The notes below the pieces were generated by a model. That model made no database searches. It was not told where the DNA came from and saw only the letters and a list, made by a program, of their open reading frames with translations. DNA of 47,281 nt from Candidatus Eiseniibacteriota bacterium (GTDB lineage: Bacteria > Eisenbacteria > RBG-16-71-46). How positions within the stretch are numbered: the first letter of the stretch is position 1; each line of letters begins with the position of its first letter. This document shows, one piece after another, positions 21,983 through 32,292 of this stretch. The position numbers and the translations under genes are program-made. The stretch covers positions 1-47,281 of the forward strand of contig CAVSAC010000008.1 in NCBI GenBank assembly GCA_963725865.1. Reading direction: 5' to 3'.

Positions 21983-23446
21983 TCACTTCGCCGGCTTCGG
22001 CGCGGTCATGCCCTCGTGCTGACGCGCGATCCGCGCCTCGAGCAGCTGGCGCTCGGCACGCTCGGCGTCGGCGCGGGCCTGGGCGGCGCGCAGCTCGAGC
22101 TCGCGCAGATCGACCTGGACGCCACTGCTCCCCGGCTGCTGGGCGGAGCCTTCACTGATCACCTGACGCGAGGACGAGAACTGCGCCGACTCCGGACCGT
22201 TGGCCACGACGGCCGTCACCGTGCCGTACGAGGTCGGGTAGTAGCTGGCGCGCAGCGTCGGCTGCCAGATGTAGGCGGAGCCGTTCGCGGTCTGCTTCTT
22301 GAGCTGGAAGTAGAACGTGTAGGCCCCGGCCGCGCCCTTGTAGAACACGCGCTGGGTGTGAGCCAGGAAGAAGTTGTCGCCGGACCCGGCATAGCTGTTG
22401 AAGCCCAGGTAGCCGTACTGGGTGAAGTCGGCGACGCCCGGCGTGGTCTGGGTGATCTGGACGTGGGCGTAGTTCGACAGCGCCGTCCCCCACAGGTTCA
22501 CCTGGCCGTCGCCCTCGAGGACGATGTAGCCGGGAGCGGGGATGGTGATGGTCGTGCTCGCCGCGTCCGAGAACGCCGCGTCGGTGAAAGTCACCGAGCT
22601 GGAACGCCCCTGGCTGATCCCCGGCTCATCGAGGATCTCGCCCGAGCTGACCGCATCCGCGGGCAGCGAGACCGCGGCATCCCCACCCGAGTTGGTGTCG
22701 AAGAAAGTGCTACTGGAAGGCCCGAAGATCGAGACGTACGGGCCGGTGGAGGCCCCGCCGGCGTAGCCGTCGACGTAGAAGCCGCCGCTGGAGTTCCCAC
22801 CATTGATCCAGAAGTACCCGGCGTCGCCGCCATTGCCGTCGGGCTCGAATCCGCCCAGGAAGTTCGACGTGGGGTTGAGCCAGTGCAGGTAGCTGCCGAG
22901 CGAGCCGAACGGTCCGACCTCGAGGCCTCGCTGGCCGCCGGCGAAGGCGCGGATGTAGCCGTCGCGGACCGCGGTGCCGGCCTGGAGCGTCGGATCGGCG
23001 ACGATGGCCGCGCCGGCGCCGTTGTTGTGGATGCCGAGCGCGGCGCCGCCGCTGCTGGCGCTGCCGTCGAAGGGCAGGCGCAGCGACAGGCCGTAGGGCG
23101 ACGACGCCAGCGTGATGCGCGGCGTCATCTCGGGGTTCGCGCCCACCGCGATGCCGAGGTAGTAGGTCTTGTCGAAGGGCAGCGCGATCGGGGTGATGAT
23201 GCCGAGGATGACCGCGAAGCCGCCCTTGGTCACGGTGACGCCGGCCTGGGTCTCGGTCCACAGCGCCGCGCCCAGCACGGGCACGTCGTAGAGCTTGAAG
23301 GTCAGGTTGTAGGCGCCATCCGGGACGAGGTTGCCGGCGCCGTCGGTGAGCACGCCCTGGTAGCTCATGGTCGACGGGACCTGCGCCCATGCGGGCGCGG
23401 TGGCGAGGATGGCCAGCAGCGCGAACAACGATGCGACACGCTTCAT
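21983..23446 (-). CDS. Secreted fibre/adhesin-like protein with C-terminal coiled coil
   Basis: Signal peptide; VPSTMSYQGVLTD...LTFKLYD...LWTETQ N-terminal domain; Gly/Ser-rich middle; DLRELELRAAQARADAERAERQLL tail. Confidence 0.7.
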   Translation of the reverse strand: MKRVASLFALLAILATAPAWAQVPSTMSYQGVLTDGAGNLVPDGAYNLTFKLYDVPVLGAALWTETQAGVTVTKGGFAVILGIITPIALPFDKTYYLGIAVGANPEMTPRITLASSPYGLSLRLPFDGSASSGGAALGIHNNGAGAAIVADPTLQAGTAVRDGYIRAFAGGQRGLEVGPFGSLGSYLHWLNPTSNFLGGFEPDGNGGDAGYFWINGGNSSGGFYVDGYAGGASTGPYVSIFGPSSSTFFDTNSGGDAAVSLPADAVSSGEILDEPGISQGRSSSVTFTDAAFSDAASTTITIPAPGYIVLEGDGQVNLWGTALSNYAHVQITQTTPGVADFTQYGYLGFNSYAGSGDNFFLAHTQRVFYKGAAGAYTFYFQLKKQTANGSAYIWQPTLRASYYPTSYGTVTAVVANGPESAQFSSSRQVISEGSAQQPGSSGVQVDLRELELRAAQARADAERAERQLLEARIARQHEGMTAPKPAK

Positions 23447-23856
23447 GACGAGGGGTCTCCTAGGGGTGGGGGGATCCGAGCGTGCGACGAGCGGTGGGGC
23501 GTCACTGGCGTGGCCGGGTCAAGTGAAGCCCGGCGAGCTGCGGAGGGGCCGCGACATCATCCGGAGGAGCCTCAGGGGGACAGGCCTCGAACGATCGCAT
23601 ACGGATGCGCGGCAGCTGGGAGGAGCACGCGAGTGGGGGCCGCGCGCGGCGCGGGAGCGATGGACCGGCCGTCGGCGGGAATCTAGCCCGTCGGCCCGGG
23701 ACTGGCGAGGGCTTTTTCGCTGCGCGCGTGCCGATCGCCCGGGCCGCGGCGGAGCTGCCGAGCGTCGCGGCGCATGCGCAGGCCATGGTCCGGCGGTATG
23801 CGTGGGGCTGGACTTGGACGTGGATCCCTGCTGGAGACCGCAGCGTCGGAGGCCCC

Positions 23857-25530
23857 ATGCGCCGCTCCCTCATCGCCCTCGCCCCGGTCCTGTCGCTGCT
23901 GCTCGCCGCGACCCCGGCCCTCGCCGCGCCCGCCGATTCGATCGCTTACGCCACCCGCGTGTGCGCGGCGAACCTCGTCGGCGTGACCCTCACCAACTAC
24001 GGCATCCTCGGCAACGATTTCGCCAGCCGGGCCGCGTCGCTCGAATACCCGCTCGGGACCGGCTACGAGCATCTGCCCCTGGGCGGTCTGTGGATCGGCG
24101 CGGTGGGGGACGACGCTCTCGGCGCCTTCACCGGCGTGACCTGCGCCATGCTGGATCCCAACGTCGGCCTGTCGACCCCGGGCTTCACCGAGTTCACGCC
24201 GGCCGGGCTCGACCTCGCGCGCCGCTCGACCCTGCCCGGCGGCGCGTACTTCGCTCCCGACGCGGTGAGCGAGCTCGACCACGTCGCCACCTTCAGCGAC
24301 CGTCCGGCCCGGCGCGCCTCCGGCGCGAGCGAGGACCATCGCCCGCTCGGCCTGCGGGTGCGCCAGGAGAGCTACGCCTGGTCCCTCGCCGATCTCTCCC
24401 ATGTCGTCTTCCTGCGCTACGTCATCAAGACCGACTCGCCGCTGAGCGCCGTCCACGTCGGGCTCTACATCGAGCTGGCGAGCGGTCCCAGGAACGCGTA
24501 CACGACCTGGCCGCCGACCAGCAGCGGCAGCCCGTACGGCTCGTGGTGGAACAAGGCGCTGCTGGCCTGGGACGGCTCGCTGCGCCTGCTGCGCGAGCAC
24601 CGTTGCTCGGGCTACCCGATCCCGGCCGGATGCGCGTTCGCGGTGACGCCGGCGTGGATGGGGGTGCAGCTGCTCACGCCGCCCGATCCGGCGCAGGGCC
24701 AGCACGTCACGCTCGGGGCGTGGGGCTTCGCGCCCGGCACGCCGGTGCGTGACGAGGATGGCGAGCGCTACGCGCTCATGAGCGCCGGCACCCTCGACCC
24801 GCTCACCAGCCCCGACGTGATGCCAGTGAGTGGCGATCCGATGACGCTGCTCTCCATCGGTCCGTTCGCCTCGCTCGCGCTCGGCGACAGCCTGGTGGTG
24901 GACTTCGCGCTGGTCGGTGGCGCTGAGGTCGCCGACATCCAGGCGCACGCCGCGGGCGCGCAGCTGCTGCGCGACCGCGACTTCGCCCTCCCGGTGCCGG
25001 TGACGGCGGCGCTCGCCGACGCGCGCGCCGATCGCGACCGCGTCGCGCTCACCTGGCAGCTGAGCGGCTCCGGCGCAGGCGCGCTCGCCGTGGAGCGCCG
25101 CACCTCCGACTCGGACTGGCGCACGGTCGGCAGCACCACGACCGACGGGGAGGGTTACGCGCGCTTCGAGGATCGCGCCGTCACCGGCGGGACGCGCTAT
25201 GGCTTCCGCCTGGTGCCGGCGGGCCCGGTGCAGCCGTTGGGCGAGGTGTGGATCCAGGTGCCGGGGACACTCGGTTTCGCGCTGCGCGGACCGCTCGTGA
25301 ACCCGGCGCCCGACGACGATCTGAGGGTGGCGTTCGCGCTCGAGACCGACGCGCCCGGCACGCTCGAGCTGATCGATATCGCGGGCCGGCGCGTCGAATC
25401 GCGCCCGCTGGCCGGGCTCGGTGCCGGCGAGCACGTGGTGCGCATGGCGCCGCGCGCGCCCGGTGTCTACCTGCTCCGGCTCACCCAGGGCGAGCGCTCC
25501 GCCCGCGCGCGCGTGGTGGTCACGCGCTGA
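23857..25530 (+). CDS. Secreted protein with C-terminal FlgD/T9SS-like domain
   Basis: GGAGG RBS; signal peptide; TLTNYG...EYP...GGLWIGA domain; NPAP...DIAGRRV...PGVYLLRL tail. Confidence 0.8.
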   Translation: MRRSLIALAPVLSLLLAATPALAAPADSIAYATRVCAANLVGVTLTNYGILGNDFASRAASLEYPLGTGYEHLPLGGLWIGAVGDDALGAFTGVTCAMLDPNVGLSTPGFTEFTPAGLDLARRSTLPGGAYFAPDAVSELDHVATFSDRPARRASGASEDHRPLGLRVRQESYAWSLADLSHVVFLRYVIKTDSPLSAVHVGLYIELASGPRNAYTTWPPTSSGSPYGSWWNKALLAWDGSLRLLREHRCSGYPIPAGCAFAVTPAWMGVQLLTPPDPAQGQHVTLGAWGFAPGTPVRDEDGERYALMSAGTLDPLTSPDVMPVSGDPMTLLSIGPFASLALGDSLVVDFALVGGAEVADIQAHAAGAQLLRDRDFALPVPVTAALADARADRDRVALTWQLSGSGAGALAVERRTSDSDWRTVGSTTTDGEGYARFEDRAVTGGTRYGFRLVPAGPVQPLGEVWIQVPGTLGFALRGPLVNPAPDDDLRVAFALETDAPGTLELIDIAGRRVESRPLAGLGAGEHVVRMAPRAPGVYLLRLTQGERSARARVVVTR

Positions 25531-25670
25531 CCGCGGTCACGCTCTGACCGCGCGCGCTGACCGCTTCGTGCCGCGCGCCGCACTCTGCTAGCCTGCCGTG
25601 TGCTCGTGTACCGGACGCCCGGCCCGGTGGCTTCGCCGGGCGTCTCCGCCACCGCAACCGGAGGCAGCCC

Positions 25671-27486
25671 ATGCGTGGTCCTCGTCCGTCCCGCCGGCTC
25701 GCGCTGCTCGCGAGCCTCGTCCTCGCGCTGGCGCTCGCGCCCGCGGCTCACGCCCAGGCGGCGAAGAGCCCGCTCCAGGAGCGCACCGACCGCTTCCTGG
25801 CGCTGGTCAACGCCTCGTACCAGGCGCTCTACGGAGTCAACAGCCGCGCACAGTGGGATGCCGCCACCGACGTGAGCCCCGAGCACGATGCCGCCTCGGC
25901 CGCCGCGAACAAGGCGTACGCCGCGTTCAACGGCAATCCCGCGATCATCACCGAGGCGCGCGCGCTGCTCGAGCACGCCACCGAGCTCGACCCGCTCTCC
26001 GTGCGTGAGCTCAAGCGCGTGCTGCTCAACGCCGCCGAGGGGCCGATGACCAACCCCGAGCTGGTGAGCGCGCGCATCGACGCGGAGACCCACCAGGCCT
26101 CGAGCATGAACGGCTACACCTACGTGCTCGACGGCCAGCCGATCACCGCCAACGGGATCGACGACAGCCTGGTCGCGATGACCGATGTGAGCCGGCGGCT
26201 CGCGGTGTGGGAAGCCTCGAAGAAGATGGGCATCGAGTTGCGGCCCGGGCTCGAGAAGCTGCAGGGGCTGCGCAATGGCGTGGCGCGCGAGCTGGGCTAC
26301 CCGGACTACTTCACGCTCCAGGTCGCCAAGTACGACATGACCACGGACGAGATGCTCAAGCTCAACGAGGAGTTCATGCGCGAGCTGCGGCCGCTCTACC
26401 TGCAGCTCCACACCTGGGCGCGCTACGAGCTGGCGAAGCGCTATCACCAGCCGGTGCCCGGGCGCATCCCCGCGCACTGGCTGCCGAACCGCTGGGGCCA
26501 GGAGTGGCAGGCGCTGTCGCCGTCCTCGAGCCTCGACGCCGCGTTCAAGGACAAGTCGGCCGAGTTCGTGGTCAAGAGCGGTGAGCGCTTCTACGCCGGC
26601 CTCGGCTTCGCGCCGCTGCCCAGGACCTTCTGGGAGCGCAGCGACCTCTACGCGCTGCCCGCCGACAGCAAGCGCAAGAAGAACGCCCACGCCTCGTGCT
26701 GGCACATCGACCTCGACACCGACATCCGCTCGCTGATGAGCGTGCAGCCCGACGAGTGGTGGTGGCGCACCGTCCACCACGAGCTCGGCCACGGCTACTA
26801 CTTCATGTCGTACACGCGCCCCGAGGTGCCGCCGCTGCTGCGCGACGGCGCCAACCCTTCGTTCCACGAGGGCATGGGCGAGCTGATCTCGCTGGCGTCG
26901 GGCCAGCAGCCCTACCTGGTGTGGATGGGCCTGCTCGAGCCCGGCAAGGTCACCCAGGACGAGCAGATCCGCCACCTGTTGCAGGACGCGCTCGAGTCGG
27001 TGCCGTTCCTGATGTGGAGCTCGGGCACCATGACCCACTGGGAAGCGGACGTGTACGCCAAGGGGCTGCCGAGCGACCAGTGGAACGCACGCTGGTGGAA
27101 GTACGTCGGCGACTTCCAGGGCATCGAGCCGCCGAGTGCCGCGCGGCGAGGAGTTCTGCGACCCGGCCACCAAGACCCATATCAACGACACGCCCTGCTA
27201 CTACTACTCGTACGCCATCGCGACCGTGTTCAAGTTCCAGCTCCACGACCACATCGCGAGGAAGATCCTGCACCAGGATCCGCACGCATGCTCGTACGCC
27301 GACAACCGACAGGTCGGCGACTTCCTGCGCGGCATCATGCAGCAGGGCGCGACCCGCGACTGGCGCCTGGTGCTCAGGGAGGCCACCGGCGAGGACCTGT
27401 CGACGCGCGCGATGGTGGAGTACTTCCAGCCGCTCATGGCGTGGCTGCAGAAGCAGAACAAGGGACGCACCATCGGCTGGGAGTGA
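25671..27486 (+). CDS. M2-family peptidyl-dipeptidase A (ACE-like), secreted; frameshift near 27135
   Basis: IPAHWL; HASCW; VHHELGH; RDGANPSFHEGMGE; C-terminal DPATKTHI...YFQPLMAWL in ORF 27136. Confidence 0.92.
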
Positions 27487-27592
27487 GAAGCACACGGGTT
27501 CCACGCCCGACCGGTGAGCGGGCGGTGGCGCCCGCGGCGCCCGCCCGCCGCGCGATGACCGCCCGGCCCGGCCCGGGATGAAAGGATGTCGA

Positions 27593-27982
27593 ATGACGCC
27601 GCTGCGTATGGCGGCGGTGACCACGGTCACCGCCGCCCTCATCCTCTACACCGTCGGCGCGACCAAGGAGATGCGCACGCGCCGTGCCCGGACCGGCGTG
27701 CGCGGCTTCCTGACCGCCGGCGTGGCCTTCGACGTCACCGCCACGCTGCTGATGATCCTCGCCACCCGGCGCGAGGGCCTCAGCCTGCACGGCGTGCTCG
27801 GCTACTCCGCGCTCGCCGCGATGGCGCTCGACACCTTCCTGATCTGGACTCACTGGCTGAAGTCCGGTGACGCCCCGCTCGGCACGGGCCTGCACCGGTA
27901 CTCGCGCGTCGCCTACCTCTACTGGGTGGTGGCATACTTCACCGGCGCGGCGCTGGTGATGATGGCGAAGCGCATGAGCTGA
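27593..27982 (+). CDS. Four-TM membrane protein, HsmA/TIGR03987-like
   Basis: LILYTVG; GVAFDVTATLLM; SLHGVLG; LHRYS...W..AYFTG. Confidence 0.65.
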   Translation: MTPLRMAAVTTVTAALILYTVGATKEMRTRRARTGVRGFLTAGVAFDVTATLLMILATRREGLSLHGVLGYSALAAMALDTFLIWTHWLKSGDAPLGTGLHRYSRVAYLYWVVAYFTGAALVMMAKRMS

Positions 27983-28009
27983 CATCGTCCGGGCCACCTC
28001 GGAGGGAGC

Positions 28010-28873
28010 ATGGAGTCGAAGCCGGCTTTCGATCCCGCGCAGTTCAAGGCCGCGACGCGGGAGCAGTGGGACCGGACGGGGAAGGGCTGGAACGAGCAGA
28101 CGCCGTGGATCCGCGCGTGGCTGGCGGACTCCACCGCCGCCATGCTCGAGGCCGCGGAGATCGGGCCCGGCATGCGCGTGCTCGACGTCGCCGCCGGCGC
28201 CGGCGACCAGACCCTGGACATCGCGCGCCGCGTCGGCCCGACCGGCAGCGTGCTGGCGACCGACCTGTCGTCCGGCATCCTCGCGTTCGCGCGCGAGAAC
28301 GCAGAACGCGCCGGGCTCACCAATGTCGAGACCCTGGCCGTCGACGGCGAGGACCTGGGCGTCGAGGAGTCGAGCTTCGATGCCGCGATCTGCCGGCTCG
28401 GACTGATGTTCTTCCCCGATGCGCTGCGCGGGCTGCGCGAGATGCACCGCGGCGTGAAGCCCGATGGCCGCGCGTGCACACTGGTGATGTCCGAGCCACG
28501 GACCAACCCCTGCGTGGTGACGGTGATGGTGACCGCACTCCAGCACGCCGGCCTGCCGCCGCGCGACCCCTACCAGCCCGGGGGGCTGCTCAGCCTGGGC
28601 GAGCCCGGCTTCATCGAGCAGCTGTTCGAGCAGGCCAGGTTCAAGGAGGTGCACACCATGCGGCTGTCCGCGCCGTTCCGGCTGCCGTCGGTTCAGCACT
28701 ACATGGAGTTCCTCCGTACCTCGACCGGACCGATCCTGCAGATCCTGGGCCGGCTCGACGACGCGGCGAAGGCCGCAGCGTGGGCCGACATCGAGACGAA
28801 GCTGAGCGTGTTCACGACTCCCAACGGCTGGGAGGGCCCGAACGAGCTGCTGCTGACGGTGGGGAGGAAGTAG
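28010..28873 (+). CDS. Class I SAM-dependent methyltransferase (UbiE-like)
   Basis: VLDVAAGAGDQ; SFDAAICRLGLMFFPD; VKPDGR. Confidence 0.9.
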   Translation: MESKPAFDPAQFKAATREQWDRTGKGWNEQTPWIRAWLADSTAAMLEAAEIGPGMRVLDVAAGAGDQTLDIARRVGPTGSVLATDLSSGILAFARENAERAGLTNVETLAVDGEDLGVEESSFDAAICRLGLMFFPDALRGLREMHRGVKPDGRACTLVMSEPRTNPCVVTVMVTALQHAGLPPRDPYQPGGLLSLGEPGFIEQLFEQARFKEVHTMRLSAPFRLPSVQHYMEFLRTSTGPILQILGRLDDAAKAAAWADIETKLSVFTTPNGWEGPNELLLTVGRK

Positions 28874-28930
28874 AGCGAGAGCGGACGGCGCGCCATTCGA
28901 TCGCCCAGGCTTGGCAGGGCAGCGGGTTCC

Positions 28931-30385
28931 TCATCCGGTGATCCCACTCATCGCCCCGTTGGCGCTGCACCAAGCGCGGGCCATCGATGGGTGCCCGGAC
29001 TCCTTGCGTGCGCTCGAGGGCGCCAGGCTCGCGAGCGCGGCGCGGACCCGTGCCTCGAGCGGCGCGTCGGGCATGTCGTCACATGCCGTCGCCGCACGGC
29101 GCGCCTCGTCGGCCCGGAAGCCAAGGCCGCGCAGCCATGGGATCACCTCGTCCGCGCGGGCCTGACGCGCGGCCATTCGCTCGCGCTCGATTGCGAGGGC
29201 GACCGCGCGCTCCTGCGCCGCCACCGCGTCACGAGCCCGGCCGGTAGCGTGGGTCCAGGCGGTCTCGCGCCCCTGCCCCGTCACGCGGGCCGCGGTCGTC
29301 CCGCGCCGCGCCTGCTCGCGCTTGTGGCGCATGAAGTCGGCGCCGTACGTGCGCTCGGCCTCGAACTGGTTGTGGGCCCGGCAGCGCAGGCGCATCCGCG
29401 CCGGCGTGGCCTGGCCGCCGCGCGCGAACGGGTCGATGTGGTCGAACTCCAGCCGCGTGCGGGCTTCGCAGCGGTGACCGGTGTCGCTCACGAACGTGCA
29501 CTGGCCGCCATCGCGCTGCCACACCGCGCGCCGGATGGCGGCGGGCACGTAGCGAGTGTCCTCGGCGCGACGCCGGCAACTCGGGCGCGAACGCGCGGCG
29601 GCGGCGAAGCGGCGCTGTTCGAGCCTGGTGATCAGCGCGTCCATGGCACGGTCCAGCACTTGCGCCAGGTCGCCGGAGGGGACGGCGTGCCCGAGCAGGG
29701 CCTGGGCGTAGCGCAGCTTGTCGTGGGTGTCCTGCCCGATGGTGAGCTGAAGCGCGAAGCGGCCGGGTGCGAGAGGGAGCCAGTCCCGTGCGCGCTGATC
29801 AACATGCCCCGGGGCCTGTTGATTGACATCGTCCTGAACTGGCCGTGCGGCCAGTTCGCATGACAACTCCTCAACTCGCTCTGGAGCGAGTTGGCATGAC
29901 AATTCCGGGCGTGCCCGCAACTCGCTCCGGAGCGAGTTGACCATCCGCGGCGGCCATCACCAGGGTCGGCAGGTCCGGCCGCGGGAAGCGCTCGGCCAGC
30001 AGCCGCTCGAGCGTCGGCCTTGGACTGGTTCGCCGCCGCCGCGCAGCAGTCCGTCGGCCGTGTCGGGGGTCAGGTAGGGCGCCAGCGACAGGACCGCGGT
30101 CAGGTTCAGCCGGCCGTCCGCGAGCATCGGGAAGATGGCGGGGAACTCGCGGGCCGCTCGCGCCGCCCGGATGCGCTTGAAGGCGGCGTCCTCGGACAGC
30201 CCCAGCTCGCCCACGCACCAGGCATACATGGACGGGTAGCCCGCGGGCAGGTAGAGCCTGCGGGCATCGACCTCGGCGAGGTGGGCGAGCATCGCGGCGG
30301 TGGTGGTGCGGTCCTGCGCGACGAGCTGGGTCAGGGCATGCAGCAGGACGTGGTCCGACAGGTGCGACAGCGAGTAGCACTTCAT
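28931..30385 (-). CDS. HNH endonuclease with DUF222-like N-terminus and RuvA-C-like tail; frameshifts near 30020-30040 and ~29905
   Basis: LAHLAEVDARRLYL..GYPSMYAWC...LSED; RYVPAAIRRAVWQRDGGQC...C...LEFDHI...GG...LRCRAHN; WLRGLGFRADEARRA. Confidence 0.88.
29800..29939. repeat. Array of four 22-bp palindromes inside the HNH gene, starting at 29800, 29836, 29872 and 29918
   Basis: caacatgccc-cg-gggcctgttg; gaactggccg-tg-cggccagttc; caactcgctc-tg-gagcgagttg; caactcgctc-cg-gagcgagttg. Confidence 0.88.
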
Positions 30386-31014
30386 GGCGGGACTCCGCAA
30401 CGGGGGCGAAGTCGCGAGGGCACTCTCTACTCTATAGCACGCGCGTTCGTCGCGTTCGTGCGTGCCCGCAGAGCGCACATCGCGTGGCGTCATGAAAGCC
30501 AAACGCCGCGAAGCGCCGCGATGGCGTCAGCGCGCAACCTGCGCACGCACGCGCGCGATCGGAGCACGGGCATCGACCTGCGCACGCCTGTGCCCGCAAA
30601 GCGTGTCAAGCGGAATCGTCGGTCCAGCCCGGGCACACGGGTGACAGAGCAGACCGGCCGCATGACTGCTCGCGCGCATCATCGGCGCTCGAAGGAGGAT
30701 CGCGATCCAGACCGGGAACACTGGCAACAGATCAGACCAGCCGTTCCGTTCCGCGTCGTCGCGCGGCGCAGTTGACTCTCGGCCGGCGAACGCTGAAGCG
30801 CGTGGCGCGCCGCCGGTCGGACGGATCCATCCGCGCGATCCACAGGATGTCGGGACCTATCGGTGGACGCAGCGCTCACTCGGGCGGCGGCGGCCATCTC
30901 ACCATGGACGACGTCGCCCGCATCACCGAGGTCCCGGCTTCCTCATACGCTGAGGCACAGGTCTGGCCCGACCGTGCGCCCGGCTTCACGCTGGTGAGCC
31001 GGAGGCGAGCGTGC

Positions 31015-31476
31015 TCACGCGCCCTTCGCCCGCCGGATGCTCAGGCGCTTGAGGCAGCGGGCGTGGACCTCGCCGGTCGCGTCCTCGAGCTCCACGGCGT
31101 ATTCGCGCTCGACGCGACCCGCCGCTGCGACCGCATCGCGGATGGTGGCGAGCTCCCCGGCGTCCACGCGGAACGTGGCGAACAGCGTGGCGCGCCCGGG
31201 TCGCAGGAACTCGATCGACGCCGACTTGTCCCACACCACGTAGTCGGGGCCGAGGAGCTTCATCAGCATCACCATGTAGACGGGGTCGACGGCGCCGCTC
31301 ATGCTGCCGCCGAAGATGGTCCCCACGTAGTTGCGGGTCGCCCAACCGAGCGGCAGGCGCAGGCGGACCTCGCTCCAGTCCGCGGCGACGTACGTGAGCC
31401 ACGCGCCGGTGCCCCGGTAGACGGGGTACCAGTTGAATCCCCAGCGCTGCAGGCGCGTCCGCCACGACTCACGCAC
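31015..31476 (-). CDS. DUF4442 / PaaI-like hot-dog fold thioesterase
   Basis: FNWYPVYRGTG; TRNYVGTIFGGSM; DPVYMVML; VVWDKSASIEFLRPG. Confidence 0.88.
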   Translation of the reverse strand: MRESWRTRLQRWGFNWYPVYRGTGAWLTYVAADWSEVRLRLPLGWATRNYVGTIFGGSMSGAVDPVYMVMLMKLLGPDYVVWDKSASIEFLRPGRATLFATFRVDAGELATIRDAVAAAGRVEREYAVELEDATGEVHARCLKRLSIRRAKGA

Positions 31477-31500
31477 GCGGCAGACCTCTCGCGGACGGCC

Positions 31501-32187
31501 TCAGTGGCCGAGCGCCAGTCGGATCCCGGCGCGCAGCATCACGCCGCTGTAGTCGATGGTGTACTTGGAGCCGTCGGTGTTGGTGCTCACCTCACCATCG
31601 ACCTTGACCTCGCCGACCTTGGCGTAGCGGTAGCCGAACTCGCCGGTCAGTGCGACCGTCGAATTGGCCCGCAGCGACACGCCAGCAAGGGCTTCGATCA
31701 GCGGGCCGGTGCCGGTGACCTTGCTGGTGGTCAGCGGGGTGCCGGACGACGACGCCACCACCTCGCCGGAGGTCGAGACCACGCCGGCGCCCAGGCCGAG
31801 CGAGACACCGGTGGGACCGGTGGCGATGAAGCGGTACTCGCCGAAGCCGCGGAACGCGTTCGCGGGCATCTTGTACTCGAGCTTGTCGATGCCGTCGCTG
31901 GCATCGGTCGAGGCGAAGAGCCGCTCGTATCCGGCGCCGAACGAGAGCGGACCGGGCAGATCCACGCCCACGACGCCTCCCAGGCCCATGCCGTTGCGCA
32001 CCTCGTCCATGCGGACCCCGGCACCGCCGATGGCGGCGTTGACGAGCGCGATGTCGGCGTTGACGTCGTCCATCGCGTAGGTGCCCCAGGCACCGGTCGG
32101 ACCGACCCAGACGGTCTCGCCGGCCGCGCGTGCGGCGACGGGGAGCAGGAGGGTGACGGCGGCGAGTACGGGGATCAGCTTGCGCAT
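31501..32187 (-). CDS. Outer-membrane beta-barrel protein (OmpA/OmpW-like)
   Basis: Signal peptide; alternating beta strands; GEFGYRYA; terminal DYSGVMLRAGIRLAL strand. Confidence 0.8.
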   Translation of the reverse strand: MRKLIPVLAAVTLLLPVAARAAGETVWVGPTGAWGTYAMDDVNADIALVNAAIGGAGVRMDEVRNGMGLGGVVGVDLPGPLSFGAGYERLFASTDASDGIDKLEYKMPANAFRGFGEYRFIATGPTGVSLGLGAGVVSTSGEVVASSSGTPLTTSKVTGTGPLIEALAGVSLRANSTVALTGEFGYRYAKVGEVKVDGEVSTNTDGSKYTIDYSGVMLRAGIRLALGH

Positions 32188-32292
32188 GGTGCAGGGCTCC
32201 GATGGGTGGTCGCGTCCGCCGAGAAACGTCCGACGACGATACGCCCCGCGCGCCGCGCGAGCCAGAGCAGGTTCGTCCGCCCGGCGGGACCG

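Noticed and set aside
25518..25564. Three short ctgaccgc repeats at a gene end
   Set aside because: Too short and GC-rich; at most a small local duplication or terminator-like hairpin
29800..29939. CRISPR array or integron attC sites (AAC...GTT ends)
   Set aside because: Repeats are not identical, linkers are only 14-24 bp and resemble each other, units are far shorter than attC, and there are no cas or intI genes
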